Shown: piece after piece, positions 1 to 13,795 of the stretch
How positions within the stretch are numbered: the stretch's first letter is position 1
Layout: each line of letters starts with the position of its first letter
From: the human T2T-CHM13v2.0 reference genome, Homo sapiens
Assembly: GCF_009914755.1 (NCBI RefSeq)
Contig: NC_060927.1
Length of the DNA: 64,000 bases
Reading direction: 5' to 3' (one strand)
Made by a program: the position numbers and the translations under genes
The notes under the pieces: model-generated
The model's input: only the letters and a program-made list of their open reading frames with translations
Database searches by the model: none
What the model was told of the DNA's origin: nothing

Positions 1-724
1 TCTTGTCATTAATTCTATGAGCAATGCCTCTGATTTCTTTAGACTATGAAAAAAAACAGTGATTAAGAATTACCATAATGCTTTTAACATATTTTAATAG
101 CGACCACTTGCACAAAAGAATCTATGTATGCATACAAAATTTTATAATCTATACAATGACAATGTAAAATTTCCAAAAGAAGGTTGAAGACCTGGCTCAT
201 ATAAAAAATCTTTGTAACGCTGATCATTATATACATTCCCTTTTACCCTTTTATGAATAAATACATACACTAGTTTTATAATTATGTGTCCCTTTAATAT
301 TTTTAAAGTTTCCATTTCTAAAAGGAGCAGAAAAGCCCCCAAATTTTAAGAAAAACCAGATTAATATGCCAAAATTCAAGCCTCATTTTTTTCACTCATT
401 TTGTCAATATTAGAACAAAGAACATACCTCATTTTAACAGACAACATTCAAATACAATTTGATTAGACATTTAAAAACTTGTTTTAAAAATTTCAGTTGA
501 CAATGAAATAAGGATAATTAGTCTGAGATCCAGTCTGCTGGTATCAAAATAGAAATACTTGTGTGTATAACTGTTTGGATTTTATAAAAATGTTTCTTTC
601 AGTTTTAAGGTGTATTCTCATTTAAAGTGAGAAAAAATTACTGTTGTCATATTTGCAAGTCAAGACCCATTGCCAGTCTGAGGGTGAGTTTTGACTTGAT
701 GATGCATTGAATAATTAAGACTAA

Positions 725-915
725 CAATAACAACAATACTTTCCATAGAGGATGATTTATGTATGCCAGGCACTGTGCTGCACATTTTTCATGTATTATT
801 TGTAACACTTCTAACAATCCTGCCAGATTGGTCTTATTATTCCCTTTATACATATAAGAAAACCGAGGCTTAGGAAAAGTTAACATGCGGCAGAAATGGG
901 ATTCAAACCTAGTTT
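725..915 (-). mobile_element. MIR SINE fragment
   Basis: tatgccaggcactgtgctg...aaaccgaggcttaggaaagttaa...gggattcaaacctag resembles the reverse complement of the MIR consensus. Confidence 0.7.
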
Positions 916-2537
916 GTTTTCTCTAAAAACCACCACTCTTTCTACTAGACAATACTGCATACATTTGATCCAAATTATCCCTAGTTTGCTCAGAAATCAC
1001 CAATAAATTTAATGAGATTATAGTGTTAATATAGCCAGATATGTATAGATTACGTTTTTCACATTTCAGAGTTACATCCCCTAACTTGATAGTGACAAAA
1101 TTGCATCTGTGAGACACCAAATATATCCCTACTTCTGGATAAGAGATATGCCTTATTGTCCTGAATCAATAAAATTATCTTGTCTCAAAATAGTGTCTAT
1201 CCCTTCATGTTTCCGTAAATCTTAGATGTAATTTAAAAAGTAGGCATATTTGTCTGCTAAGTCTCATATACTATACTTAAAATGTTTTTACATAAATAAC
1301 AATATAGTATAGAGGGGGGCTCAGTAGACGGGGATCTTAGAGTTGTGGGCTGAAGACACCAAAAGACTCCAGAATAAGTCACTTAACTTCCATGACATTT
1401 ATTCTCTAATCAATTAAGTAAGAAAAGATAAACTAGTGAATCTCTAAGGTAATGAAAATATTAGCTGATGAAGTATTCATAACTAATACAAATTTACTTC
1501 CATATTTTTAAATGCATTTCAGGGAAATAATTCAATGGGGGAAGAAAAATAATGAAATCTAGGTTCCCTATGAAATCATGTTAGACATTTTAGCATTTGT
1601 TTCTCTCTCCTTTATTTTATCTGCTATTTTATTGTATTTTTATGTGTATAAATATCTTTCTGATTTAATATGATCCAAAGAGAATTAAGAGAAAGGATCA
1701 TGCTGAGTATTTTCTTTGTACTGAAGCACCTAAAACCTCATTTTGCTACATAATGAAACTAAAGTTTCCAATTGCTGTGTAAATCGTGTGTTTAGGAGAT
1801 GAAATGCTCAGGAATCATTTTGCACTTGACATTTTCTAGATTTTGAGTAGCAAAATTTTCTTCTTATAATAAGAAAGTAGATCTGTAAGCCACAAAAAAA
1901 ATACGGAGCAAGTATAGCATATTGAGATGAAACACAAGGAAAGGACAGGGAGCCAATAGGCACGATTCTATAAAGCACACATTTAGTCCTGTACACCATC
2001 CCCAGTGGAATCTTTTGTTCAAATGAAAGCTTACATGAGCTACACTAGTTGACAAGGAAAGGAATATGAATGTTGCCTCTTTTTCCACAGTCACCTCGGA
2101 GGAGTACATGATTTGCCAGCCACTACACTTGAGTGTGCTGCTTAACCAGTCTGCTTGCTAAAAACAAAAGACTACAGCATTTTTAACTGATTAAAAAAAA
2201 TAGGTCTATAAATATATAATCATACTTAGTTTAGATCAAGTTGGAAGTTTATAAGGGCAATAATGGATGAAATGGGAAGTACTCACCCCATAGTCTATAA
2301 TTAGAGCTAAATTTAATACATGATTTAATGTGCAATTGATATAATCCTTAAAAAACTGCAACAAACCCTCAAATTACATATAGTGAGGTTCTAGTATTTC
2401 CTCCCAGTCTACCTTTATCTGACAAGTTTCAATGAGAAAGTTAGAAGGCAATCTAGATATTCAAATTAGGAATAATTTGAATAGAATTCTAAGTTTGTAT
2501 GTGCATTAGAAGTGTTGAAGATATAAAAGTGAAGGAA

Positions 2538-2638
2538 ATGCTCACTTTGGTATCACATATAATAAAATTGGAATGATACAGAGATTAGCATGGCCCTTGC
2601 GCAAGGATGACATGACAATTCATGAAGTGTTCCATATT
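2538..2638 (+). pseudogene. U6 snRNA retropseudogene
   Basis: atgctcactttggtatcacatataataaaattggaatgatacagagattagcatggcccttgcgcaaggatgac...gttccatatt aligns over the full U6 length with substitutions; A-rich tail; 12-bp TSD aaagtgaaggaa (2526-2537) / aaagtcaaggaa (2666-2677). Confidence 0.93.
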
Positions 2639-3528
2639 ATTATAAATAAAAAATGTATATATTTTAAAGTCAAGGAAGCTTGAAGTTTCCTTAGCTTTCT
2701 TTAAGCTAAGTTTCATAGAATCAAGAACTACTAGAACTGAAATAGAACCTTCAGTGACAGTTCCAGCCGCCTGCAGTTCTCAGGCAGGCAACTTCCAGCA
2801 GCTCTCGGAGAAATTCTATGAATCTCCTTCTGACATTTGCCTGTTTATCTGCCTGAAACCGTTGCTGAAGAAAGCAGATTCGGTTCTACTTCTGCCTTCC
2901 AAATCCTGCATGATGACTGTTGCAAATTTTGTATCTTTTACTGCACTTCGAAAAATGTTTGTTGACTAATTTATCCAGAGAAACTTTCTTGGTCCTTTAT
3001 GCCATTGTCCCTGGATCTTAAAAGAACCGGGACCTGACTTGTGCCATAATTGGTCATGGTGGGGTTTTATTGGGGTTTTGTCGGCCCACACCGGGTTTTA
3101 CTGGGATTGTTCCATGTATAATACGTGTCCATATCAAACAATGGTTAGGCTATCAGGATACTGCCTATGAGAATTTTAAGAACTAAATAAAACTCGTGTA
3201 CCAGGCACTTCATATACTCGATGCATATCTCTGGTCTTCACAATACCTTATGTAATAATTGTTGGGGCTGGTAATTTTACCAGGCCTTTCTTGTTTCAAA
3301 GCCATCTCTCTCTCTCCGTGTACTCCCAGGGCCTCTGTATACACTTTTTTGATCTATCAGATTACTCATCCAGGTAGATGTTTTCCCCATTGTGTTGGTA
3401 AGGGCTCTGAAGTTCAGAAACATTAGTTTTTTTTCTTCAAAGTTACCAGAGATGGTAAATTACATAAACTGGTTAAGGGATAGAACCTGTTTGCAGCCAT
3501 TCTGAATTTTATTTTAAAAAACAAATTC

Positions 3529-3914
<386 letters not shown>

Positions 3915-4139
3915 TCATATTGTGAACCAAAAGAGAAGCAGAATATATTTTATCTTACACATACAAAAATGGATATTTAATATTTGCTATTACTCCTATC
4001 TAGACTGTAAGATTAATGCCTATGGCTTGGGTAATATTTTGTTTCTTGCATTTCCTGATTCTCTTTTTAATCTTACTACCTTTCTTACCTGTAAGTTAGA
4101 ATTTGATGTCACTTTTTCAAAATACTTATCTAAAATTAC

Positions 4140-4630
4140 TACTGATTCCATTATACTTATTAATTCAGCAAGTACGCAGTGTCTACCATAGGCAGAACTG
4201 TACCAGACACTGAGAATACAATGCTCAAAAATATAAATATCAACCTTACCCTTTGGGACTTTACTTTCTATTGGGAAGGAACACAGAATAAGCAGACAAA
4301 AGACCAAATAAATATGTAATCACAAACTTTACAATTGTCTTGAAGGAAAGAAACATAACCTTTTCCTTTAAGGTAGCTAAATAGATTTGGGGATTAACTT
4401 GGGCTGAGACTGAAAAATCAAACAAGGGCCTAGAGGCCATAGAGAGGGGTTAAGCATTATTTTCAGGGCCTTTAATATCTCATTATAGGTAGATTGTAAC
4501 ATACTTTTTATCTATTTATGTATAATCTATCATCATGTATTCTGTATATCTCTAATTGCTATGTAGAAAACAGATTTTAGAGGTAATGGAAAAAACGGAA
4601 AAATTAGAAATGATGTGGTCTTTTAATAAT
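4140..4630 (-). mobile_element. L2 LINE fragment(s)
   Basis: aattcagcaagt...gacactgagaatacaatg...ttactttctattggg resembles the L2 3' end; highly diverged, boundaries approximate. Confidence 0.5.
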
Positions 4631-4637
4631 CTAGGCA

Positions 4638-5159
4638 TGTCAGTCAGGATTTTCCAGAGAAACAGAACAATAGGACAATAGGAGATGGCATGTATATGTG
4701 TGTGCATGTGTGTGTGTGTGTCTGTGTGTATGTCTCTGTGTGTGTCTGTGTGTAATTTTAAGGAACTGGTTCATATGAATGAGGAGGTTGGCAAGTCTGA
4801 AATCTGTGGACAATGAAGGCTGACAGCTCAGGGAAGAGTTGATGTTATAGTCTTGACTCCAATATCTGTAGGTGGGCTGTAGCAGGCTATAAATTTAGTT
4901 AGAATTTCTATGTTATATTAATAGTCTAAGGCAGATTTTTTTTTTCTTGTTCAGGGTGCCTCATGTTTTGTTTTGAGGCCTCCAACTGATTAGATGAAGC
5001 CTACCCACATTATCAAGGACAATTTCCTTTAAAGTCAACTGATTATAAATGTTAATTAACATCTGTAAGACACCTTCACAGCAACATATGGACTAGTGTT
5101 TGAACAAACAACTGGGCAGTATTGCCTCACTACATTGACACGTAAAATTAATCATCACA
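4638..5159 (-). mobile_element. MLT2-family (ERVL) solo LTR containing a (TG)n tract
   Basis: ccagagaaacagaac...(TG)n...tttaaggaactgg...ttgacacgtaaaattaatcatcaca is the reverse complement of MLT2 termini. Confidence 0.8.
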
Positions 5160-6391
5160 GAGATCATGTTGGTGGGAATGCAAATATCGAGAAGATTAAT
5201 TTGTAACATTTCAGACATATAATCTACAAAAACTTGGTGATGGATTAGGTATGAGGATGAAGGTGAGGGAAGAAATCAAGAATAACAGGTCTTTCCCATG
5301 AGCAGTGGATTTTAACAGCTATGATGTAGAAAGAATGAATCTTTTCTAAATGGGATTCTGCTGACTTCAGCTCAAATAATATGATTGACAAGGCGAGATT
5401 ACTTTTGTTATGCATTTTAAATGACTAAATAATCTTGAGAAGAAGGTCTGTTTGTGTATGTCTAGTTATATTTGGCTAATCCTAATGTAGACTAAAAATT
5501 TGCCTTGCCTTCTCTTTCTCATCCAAAATAATTGCATGCAAATAGTAATCTACTCTTTATGCAATAATGTGAAATGGGAGGAAACATGGCCAAATATTTC
5601 TGGAAGGGATAGCCTTCAAATGTGCCAGGTACAGTGCCTCCAATTTTTTTATTGCTAATCATAGTAGGTCTCATCTTCTAATCAAAGCTTACATATGCTA
5701 CACCAGGGAGTTTGGATGATATGCTAACTCAATCTAATTTTACACAATATAATTCAAAAGCCAATAAAATGTAGCCTTGTCAGACACAAAAGTTTTAGAG
5801 GGAAGAATGTAATATAGGCACCAAATGTTAAGTATCCTCTCTGCAGGTGGTTTGTACATTTCCTGTGTTTCCAATTTCTCTTTTCTTTTCTTAACCATGA
5901 AATTAAATAGATAGCTTTGAACAACTAAAGAATAGAAATGTTTTCAAAGCTGATTCATAATGCCATCTTTTTTCCTGAAATAGAATATCACATGGGTGAA
6001 TAGAAAGTCATTTCAGACATAGAGAGTTAAGAATTAAATATGTAGTAAAATATTTTTCTAGATTAACTACTAGAGGTTGATGAGTACCTATGCTTCATTT
6101 TATTTCAGAAAATGTTTGCCCTTTTATTTTATGTATTTATTATTATAAGTCACAATTGAAAGGCTTGATAATCCATAAAATCATATTTTCCAAAGCCAAA
6201 TTGTTAATGTTGCATACAATTTCGATTAGGTGTAGACAGGTTCCATTTATCTTAACTCATTAGTGTTATGTTATATTAGTAGATTTTCTATGTAGATTAA
6301 ACTTTCTCTACGTAAATCAAAGGTTTTGTGATTCCCATTTTACTTATTTCATAAAATTTTAGTATCTATTATGTAAAAGGCATAACCTAAA

Positions 6392-7167
6392 TGTATTAGT
6401 TTCCTGTGGCTTTCATAACAAATTGCCATAAATTAGGAGGCTTAAAACAACAGAAATTTATTCCTTTCCATTTCTGGAGGCCAGAAGTCTGAGATCAAGA
6501 GGTCAGCAGGGCCATGTTTTCTCTGGCTCTAAGGGAGAATCCGTTCCCTGTGGCTGTGGCATTCCCTTGTTTGTGACCACATCACTCCAATCTTTGCCTC
6601 AGTCTTCACATGGCCTTCTCGTCTTTGTGTATCTGTTTAATCTCTCCCCATCTCTCTTTTACAAGGAGACTTGTGATTGGATTTAGGGCTCATTCACATA
6701 ATACAGGATAATCTCCTTATATCAAAATCCGTAATCACATCTGTATTAGTCTGTTCTCATACTGCTAATAAAGATATACCCAAGACTGGGTTATTTATAA
6801 AGGAAAGAGGTTTAATTACTCACAGGTCAGCATGGCTGTGGAGGCCTCAGGAAACTTATACATAGCAGCAGCAAGAAGCACCCAGCAAAAGAGGGAAAAG
6901 GCCCTTATAGAACCATCAGATCTCCTGAGAACTCACTCACTATCATGAGAACAGCAAGAGTTAACCACCCCATGATTCAGTTACCCTCTACTGGGTCCCT
7001 CCCAAGACATGTGGGGATTATGGGAACTACAATTCAAGATTTGGGTGGGGACACAGCCAAACCGTATCAACATCTGCAAAGACGCTTTTTGCAAATAAGG
7101 TAGCATTTACAGGTCCTAGAGATTAAAATCTGGATGTATCTTTGCAGTCAACATTCAGCTCAATGCA
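6392..7167 (-). mobile_element. MLT1 (MLT1C/D-like) MaLR LTR split by a THE1/MST LTR
   Basis: tgtattagtttcctgtggct...ggcttaaaacaacagaaatttatt...tctggaggccagaagtctgagatcaag; resumes at 7070. Confidence 0.75.
6742..7069 (-). mobile_element. THE1D/MSTA-like MaLR solo LTR
   Basis: tgtattagtctgttctcatactgctaataaagatatacc...gggacacagccaaaccgtatca; perfect 5-bp TSD acatc (6737-6741 / 7070-7074). Confidence 0.88.
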
Positions 7168-7259
7168 CCAGATAATACAGGGAATATGAGTGTAGATTAG
7201 ACAATGGCTTTCTTCTGAATAGATGTGCTAGTTTATTCAGCTTTATTTATTTTTTTTTT

Positions 7260-7880
7260 TGTTGCAATCCCAACCTTGTATACCATCTTGTGTTAACCTG
7301 GGACTAGGACTCTACAAACTGCATTTTCACTTTGCCAGTTGACTCCCTGATAAACTACAATAAGAAGCAGTAAAAGAAAGCTGGAAGTCAGGAGGAGGAA
7401 GAAAAGATGCTTCTATCTACAATTTGTTCCTGTTTTTGCTTTCTTTTCCTGTCATTGTCACCCTAACAAGCTTCTTCACCTAAGTAGTGACAGTTCATTC
7501 TAGTAGTAGAAGTTAGCACTGATTTTCACTTTTTCCAAAATTAGTTAAATCAGACTCACAATACTCATCAGAGACACCAGCGCGAGCGGACTAAAGTCCT
7601 TCCTCATAGGTCTGGGGTCCAGTTACACAGGGTTCCGTCTTTGATCTCAGAGACATCAGTTATAGCTAAGCAGTGGCCGCTATTCAGAGGCCTGAGTTTC
7701 AACTTCACAGGACACTTCCTTTGAGCTTCTCAGCTTTAATAATTCCAAATATTTCCATTCTCCAACCCTAGGAATAGTAGATCCTTCCCGCTGTTGTAAC
7801 CTAACTTCTGTGACATTTTAGTGTTACTTCTGTGACATTTTAGTGTTTCTTCTGCAACATTTTAGTGTTTCTCCGTGCCT
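7260..7880 (+). mobile_element. LTR33-like ERVL LTR with a 3 x 22-bp tandem repeat (7805-7870)
   Basis: ctgggactaggactctacaaactgcatttt...ttgccagttgactccctg...ctggaagtcaggaggagg resembles LTR33; unit cttctgtgacattttagtgtt(a/t). Confidence 0.55.
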
Positions 7881-9647
7881 TAGAATCTAAAATACATATA
7901 AAATATCTTCAACAATAACTGCCAAAAAGGTGAAGAAATAGATACAGAGAAATCGAGGAGTAAAAGGTTTGTGTTATTGTTCTTTTCAGCTGGGGTAGGA
8001 TTTAGGCATGTATCCTGGTTAACAGGTAGATGGTACTTAAGCAGGATCTTATAATTAGTAAACTCCAGTCTTCAGGAGATGGTAATGAGAAAGTGGAAGG
8101 GTATTTCTCAAGAAAACCTTACTGAAAGGTATCACAGTTGTTATGTTTCTCAAAATCTACTTAAATAACATTTAACCTTCTCTTGTTGATTGAAGGTCAA
8201 GTTATATATTCTTTTATAATACAATTGAGTCCTCAAAGAGTGTCATTTGCCTCTATGACAAAATAACTACAGATGGTTTGCTGCTGAAAACTAGAAAAAT
8301 GAATGAATAGTTTAGTTTTCTGTTATTTCTTTTTTTCATTTCTGTATTTTTATTGGTTACTTCTAATTGATATCATTGTGTCTAGCTGCTGGAACCTGCT
8401 GGTGATTGCTTCAGTTATTCAGTTTTCTTCTACCTCTCTTAAGGGACAGTCTGTTGGGCTTTGTGAGTTATTTGCCCTTCCAAGTGCTATTTAAGGTTAT
8501 TTTAATTTGATTGCAGTGTTCAGGAAGCATGACCTCAGAATAAGTAGTAATGTTACTGTCCATAAATAAAGTCCTCTTGATCGTAGCTCTCTTTCTGGTA
8601 CAGGAGAGTATAATTTTAACTTTTCATGTAGTTCAGGGGTATTCATCTTAAAGTGATAATCAGAAAAACGTTTGCTGAGAGATCTTTGAGACTTCAATGT
8701 TTTTGGCTTAACAGGCCAATATCTAAGTTTCTCTAAAATGAACACTTGTTATAAGATCATAAAAAATATGGCAGTAAACACTAGCTATTTGCTACTGATT
8801 GAAAAGCAATGAGTTGACATAAGTGAATTCTGCCATTAAGATTCACTGAATTTGAGACCATGAAGCCAACTATATAGCCACTCTTCCCCCATATAACATA
8901 TGTGGTTTATTGTGTCCACACAGTCTCTTTTCAGAGATTGTAAATTATATTATTTATGAACTCTTGATGACTGAAACACAATTGGAGCTTGAAGGTCAAG
9001 GCAGCAAACTACATCCTAAATTCCTATTTATTGATGATGTATGGTACAGTTAGTAGTATACTTTGTGCTGCTACAATTAAAGCTCTGTCAGTGTTTCTAA
9101 TACACACTATTATTTTAGGGTTTGATAACATGACCACTTATCTTTACTCTGATTTACATGATGAAAGGCCTCAGCAGTGGGAGGACATCTTCAAGTTCTT
9201 TTAACAAGACTATAAGATATTTATATGCTTTCCTTGATACTAAAATTCTAAACATTAAGATTTATGGTAAGCTAGACATAAACAAGACCTCTACGCAGGC
9301 AGCATACAGCCAAAAATGTTTGACTTATATGAATGTTAAGAAATACATTGTTATTTCAGACTTCCATTTCATTACCTATATTCATTTTAAAAGAAAAAGT
9401 TAAACAAAAATTTTTTAAATCCTTATTTTTTAAAAATACCTGGCTTATTCCTACTACTCCCTTATGAGATGTCTATAAAGAGTATACAGAGCCTAACAAC
9501 ATAGTAAAGTAGATATAAGTAGTTATAAGCCTGACTCATTGGTTTGTTTGCAGAAAAAAAAAATAATTCTAAATAATTTTTTTAAGGAACTCAATTAGCT
9601 GTTAGTTAAAAAATACCCTGTGGTTGTGTGATCTGGACCTATATAGA

Positions 9648-9951
9648 TCTATGCTGCTCAATGTGGTAGCCACTAGCAATGTGTGGCTACTGATAATATG
9701 AAATGTAGTTAGTGAAAATTAAGATGTTAAGTATAAAGTGTGCATTTGATTTTAAGACATACTACCGAAAAGTAAAAATAAAGTGAAAATATAACATTAA
9801 TAATTTTTATATTGATTCATGTTGAAATTATAATATTCAGCAAATAATAAAATGACTTCATTGATTTCTTTTTTATGTAGTTTAATGTACTACTAGAAAA
9901 TGTAAAATTATACATGCAACTTACCTTATAGTTCTACTTTATAGTGTTTCT
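9648..9951 (-). mobile_element. MER33 (hAT-Charlie) DNA transposon
   Basis: ctatgctgctcaatgtggtagccactagcaatgtgtggctac...tactagaaaatgtaaaattatacatg, ~300 bp, matches the MER33 reverse complement. Confidence 0.75.
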
Positions 9952-12269
9952 GTAGATGTTCCCAAATATCCCACATTTTTCTTATAGATGATATACCCCA
10001 TTGACTTGAGTTGACTCAAAGTAGGATGTTTGGCTTATGACATATCTAAGATATGATCAGAAAGTAGTAAGGCCTTTTTTTTTTTTTTTTTTAGAAATTC
10101 TCCATTACCCCAACTGTGGTTGGTGATGTTGTTACAGGTATCTGTGATAGTGGATGGCAAATATAGAAGCGGGAAGATGTAAAAAGGAAAAGTAAATATG
10201 GGAGTCCATAGGAGTGAGTGTCTGAGACATTAAGTAAAACAAAACAAAACAAAATTCAAACATAAAATATTTGTTGAATGTAAATTCGTTCATCTGTCAT
10301 ACTTAATATAGAAAGGGAATATTTTCTTTATCCTTGAATAATATTATTTTCAGATGAAATTACTTGTAATAATAGTAGTTATTACTCAAAATTCACCTTA
10401 TAGCTACTAAACTTCTGCAACTATAATCTGATTTCTCTAAAGCCTCATTAAAACAAACAAATGAACAAACAAACTGCTATTTGCTTCATTCATAAATTCA
10501 TTAATTCAGCAAACATTTATGTGCCTATTCTATTCTAGGCATTATGCTTGAAACTAGATGATCAAAAGGTAAAGTACTTCCTCTTTCAAGTCTCATTAGA
10601 TGTTTCCTTAGCATTCTTTTGCCAATTTGCGAAGTCTGTTCGCCTGAATTCATCTAAGTCTGTGATCATGGATGAAATTGCTTTGGGCACCCCATCAGAA
10701 AGAATCACTGAACCCTAACCCCAATGTGTTATCATATACAGATACCACAAGAGTCAACGGAGAAGCAATAATGTGTTAACATCACAGGAGTCCTCCTGGG
10801 CTAGAAGAGTTGTAGCAGTGGTTAGGCAGGACACTGCCACACTTGTAGTATTAGTGGAAAATAGCAAATAAATTCTATTAATAGAATTGAGTCATAAAGT
10901 ATTTTAACTGAGCCAGCTACAGGAGCTTTCTGTCTTTTTTCATCCCTTTATGTCTTACCGTCTGTATCCTTTTCTCCCTCACTTCCGTCTAAGAGTAAAA
11001 GCGATTTTTTCCAAAGCTAAGTTGGTCACCTCTATTCTTGCCTCCTTCTTCTCCTACCTTATGGCCTTGCTCTGTCAATTTTCAGAACTCTTCTCACCTT
11101 CATTTCTACACATTATCAATCGTTTTGGTTGCTGCAGTGATTTCTGCCCTCTGATTTGAAAACATACTTCCAAGGCCTATGTTAAAACAAATCAGACATT
11201 CTCCCCTCAACTCTTTCATATTACTGTCCTCTCCTCCATTTGACATACCTCCCCAGTAGCCTGTTCCCTTGCTGTCTTTCATCCTGTGTCGCTCATTCAT
11301 TCTTTCAACCTGTAACATTGGCTCTCCTTCCCCCATCCAACATTCTAATTCTCTTATTGTTCTTACATTCTAATTCTCTTATTGTTCCAACAACTGCCAT
11401 TCAGAAAACAGAGTCTTTTTTTCCCCCCAGTGCTTATTTGTTTGGACCTCTCTGACCAATTCTTTTATGGAAACTATCGAGTCCCATTCTTAGTAAAGTG
11501 AATACAACTTAAAATCTGTCTTCAACTGCTTAATTTTATTTTAGCAGATTTCCCCTTTCATTTACCTGTTGCAGTCCCTTTACATTAAGAAACAGTTATC
11601 CCAAAGTCTGCATCTCGAAGACTGGACTCTGATCCCAATTTTGCTTAATAAAAATTCTTCAAGAAATTTTGTAGAAAGTCTGTCAATGATTAAATCTCAA
11701 TTCATGATTTTTTTCCCTCTATCAAAAGGGGCAGACATTTAACAGAGATACAGTGGATAAGAAGGGAATAGAGTCGGAGTTTATGAGGCACATATCTGAA
11801 GGTTATATTCTTTATTTTTATATTTTTGCTTTTGGAACAATGTCTTTATTATGCTCAGAAAATACCTGCTGGTTCAACCCTAAATTGTTACATTAAAAGA
11901 GATACAGATTTAAATGTTTAGGGTGGGTGGATGAGTGCTTAATATCTATAATAAACTGACTACATTGTTAGAAAACATTCTCAGGCAACTATCTCATACT
12001 ATCTAACTTGACTTTGAAAGGGAACCAGTGTCATGGAGTAAGGAGGAAAATTTATTTGCCGTCTTCTGATTGATGAAGCTGTGAATTTTTGTCAGTTTGG
12101 GGATTGCTACACTCTGGCAAGTTGGAAAAGGTCTATTTTGTTGTTTCTTTCAGAAGCTTTTTTTCTGTCATCTGTGAGTTTCAAATTTAGCTCCTGTTGG
12201 AATATTGTTTTAAAATAAATCCAAAAGCAGTTAAGATATTGAAATTAAAACCCTTTCGATAATGTACTT

Positions 12270-12470
12270 TTCTAAATCCTGACTCTACTACTCAAGGGCT
12301 ATGTGATGTTAAGCTAACCTCTCTGTGCCCCGTTTCCTTCTCTATAAAATGGAAATAATAATAGTACCTATGACATTAAGTTATTTTGAGGATTATATGC
12401 ATTAAAATATGCAAAATGCTTGGAATATGGGGAAGCCTATACTAAATGTTCAAGTATTAGCAGTTATTAC
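12270..12470 (+). mobile_element. MIR SINE
   Basis: taacctctctgtgccccgtttccttctctataaaatggaaataataatagtaccta = MIR core. Confidence 0.8.
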
Positions 12471-13569
12471 TTTTATCACTGTTAATTTATGCAATCAAAT
12501 TTATTTAGTATCTACTGTTTGGAAACCTGGAGAAATACACAATGAACGAGAAACTCGTGTTCTTCAAGAGCTTTGCCAAGAAGAGATAAGTATCTGTCAG
12601 AGTTACAAGGGTATGTGACTAGTGCTATGATAAAACCATCAGCCTCTGTGGTTGCAGTCAGAATAAATCAACAAACTCTGCCTAGGGTTGTTGGCAAAAC
12701 ATGAGTTGTTGGACTCTGAACTGTGTTAAATTAGTACTGTAGTTTATCCAGACCACAAAAGTCTTTCATCAGTATCTCTGAGAGTCAGTAGCTGGATCTC
12801 CTCCCATACTCCAAGTCAGAAAATGTAGAACTTTTTCTCAATGTGGAACTTTTTCTCAATAATTTACCGTGATCCTTTAAAAATTACAAAGAATTTGCTT
12901 CTCTCAACCTACTGATGAACTTCAAGACACATTTTCTCTAATAGTTAAAATACGTTTAGCATAATGTTTTCATACGCAGTCTGTGTGTCTGTGTGTATAC
13001 CACTACTATTGGCTGTCTGATTATTCTGACCTGCATACACCTTTTAAAATAATCTTTCTTCTTTGTGACTAACATATGTCTGGCTAGAAAACCAACACCT
13101 TCCTATCTAAAGCAATATAAAATCTAAAGTTATTTGGTGGGGTTGAATTACTAGGGATGTGGAGGAAGGGAGTTGTTCCCTGTGAAGCACAGTCCAGAGT
13201 GCCAGATAGATTTTTCCTGGTTTGACCATAAGAATATATACAGAAAAAAAGTAGCACTAGGAAAGTAGAGTAGTTACAGAAAAGGGAATGGGTGGCATTT
13301 TCAATTAGTTAATGGCGTGGTCAAATATAAAAGGACAGCTAGTTTATTTGTATAGACTCTTACAAGGCATGATATGTACTTGGCCTAGCAGTGTCCTATA
13401 GAAGTGGTCTCTCCCTTGTTCCGGGAAAGTTCCTTTTGGAAAAACTCTTTCCTGGGCAGGAGATGTCATCTGATGGTCTCACAGCTCTGTGTTACTAAGG
13501 ACAAAGTCAGTTGAGAATTATGGGGCTGTGGGATTATGTCCCCAAGGAAGCAAAATGCAAACATCTCAA

Positions 13570-13740
13570 ATAATAGCATAAGTAACACATATAAAGCTTT
13601 TTATTGTATATGTCAGACACTGTGCTAAGCACTTTACATGTTTCAGCTCATGTAATTATTATAAAAACTCTAGGTTGTAAGGACTAATATTTTCCATTTT
13701 ACAAGTGGGGAAGAAGAGTTTCAGAGTTAAATAACTTTAA
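13570..13740 (-). mobile_element. MIR SINE
   Basis: tatgtcagacactgtgctaagcactttacatg...ccattttacaagtgggga = MIR reverse complement. Confidence 0.7.
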
Positions 13741-13795
13741 TGTGCTCTAGATCATGGAGAGAGAGAATGGTGGTGATGGGCCAGGAAGCTTGTCT

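Noticed and set aside
2070-2150. Strong acceptor tgttgcctctttttccacag at 2090
   Set aside because: No convincing downstream donor or reading frame; isolated acceptors are frequent in large introns.
11340-11387. Short tandem microduplications (also ~12823-12860, 23486-23510, 62148-62191)
   Set aside because: Ordinary slippage-type duplications with no sign of function.
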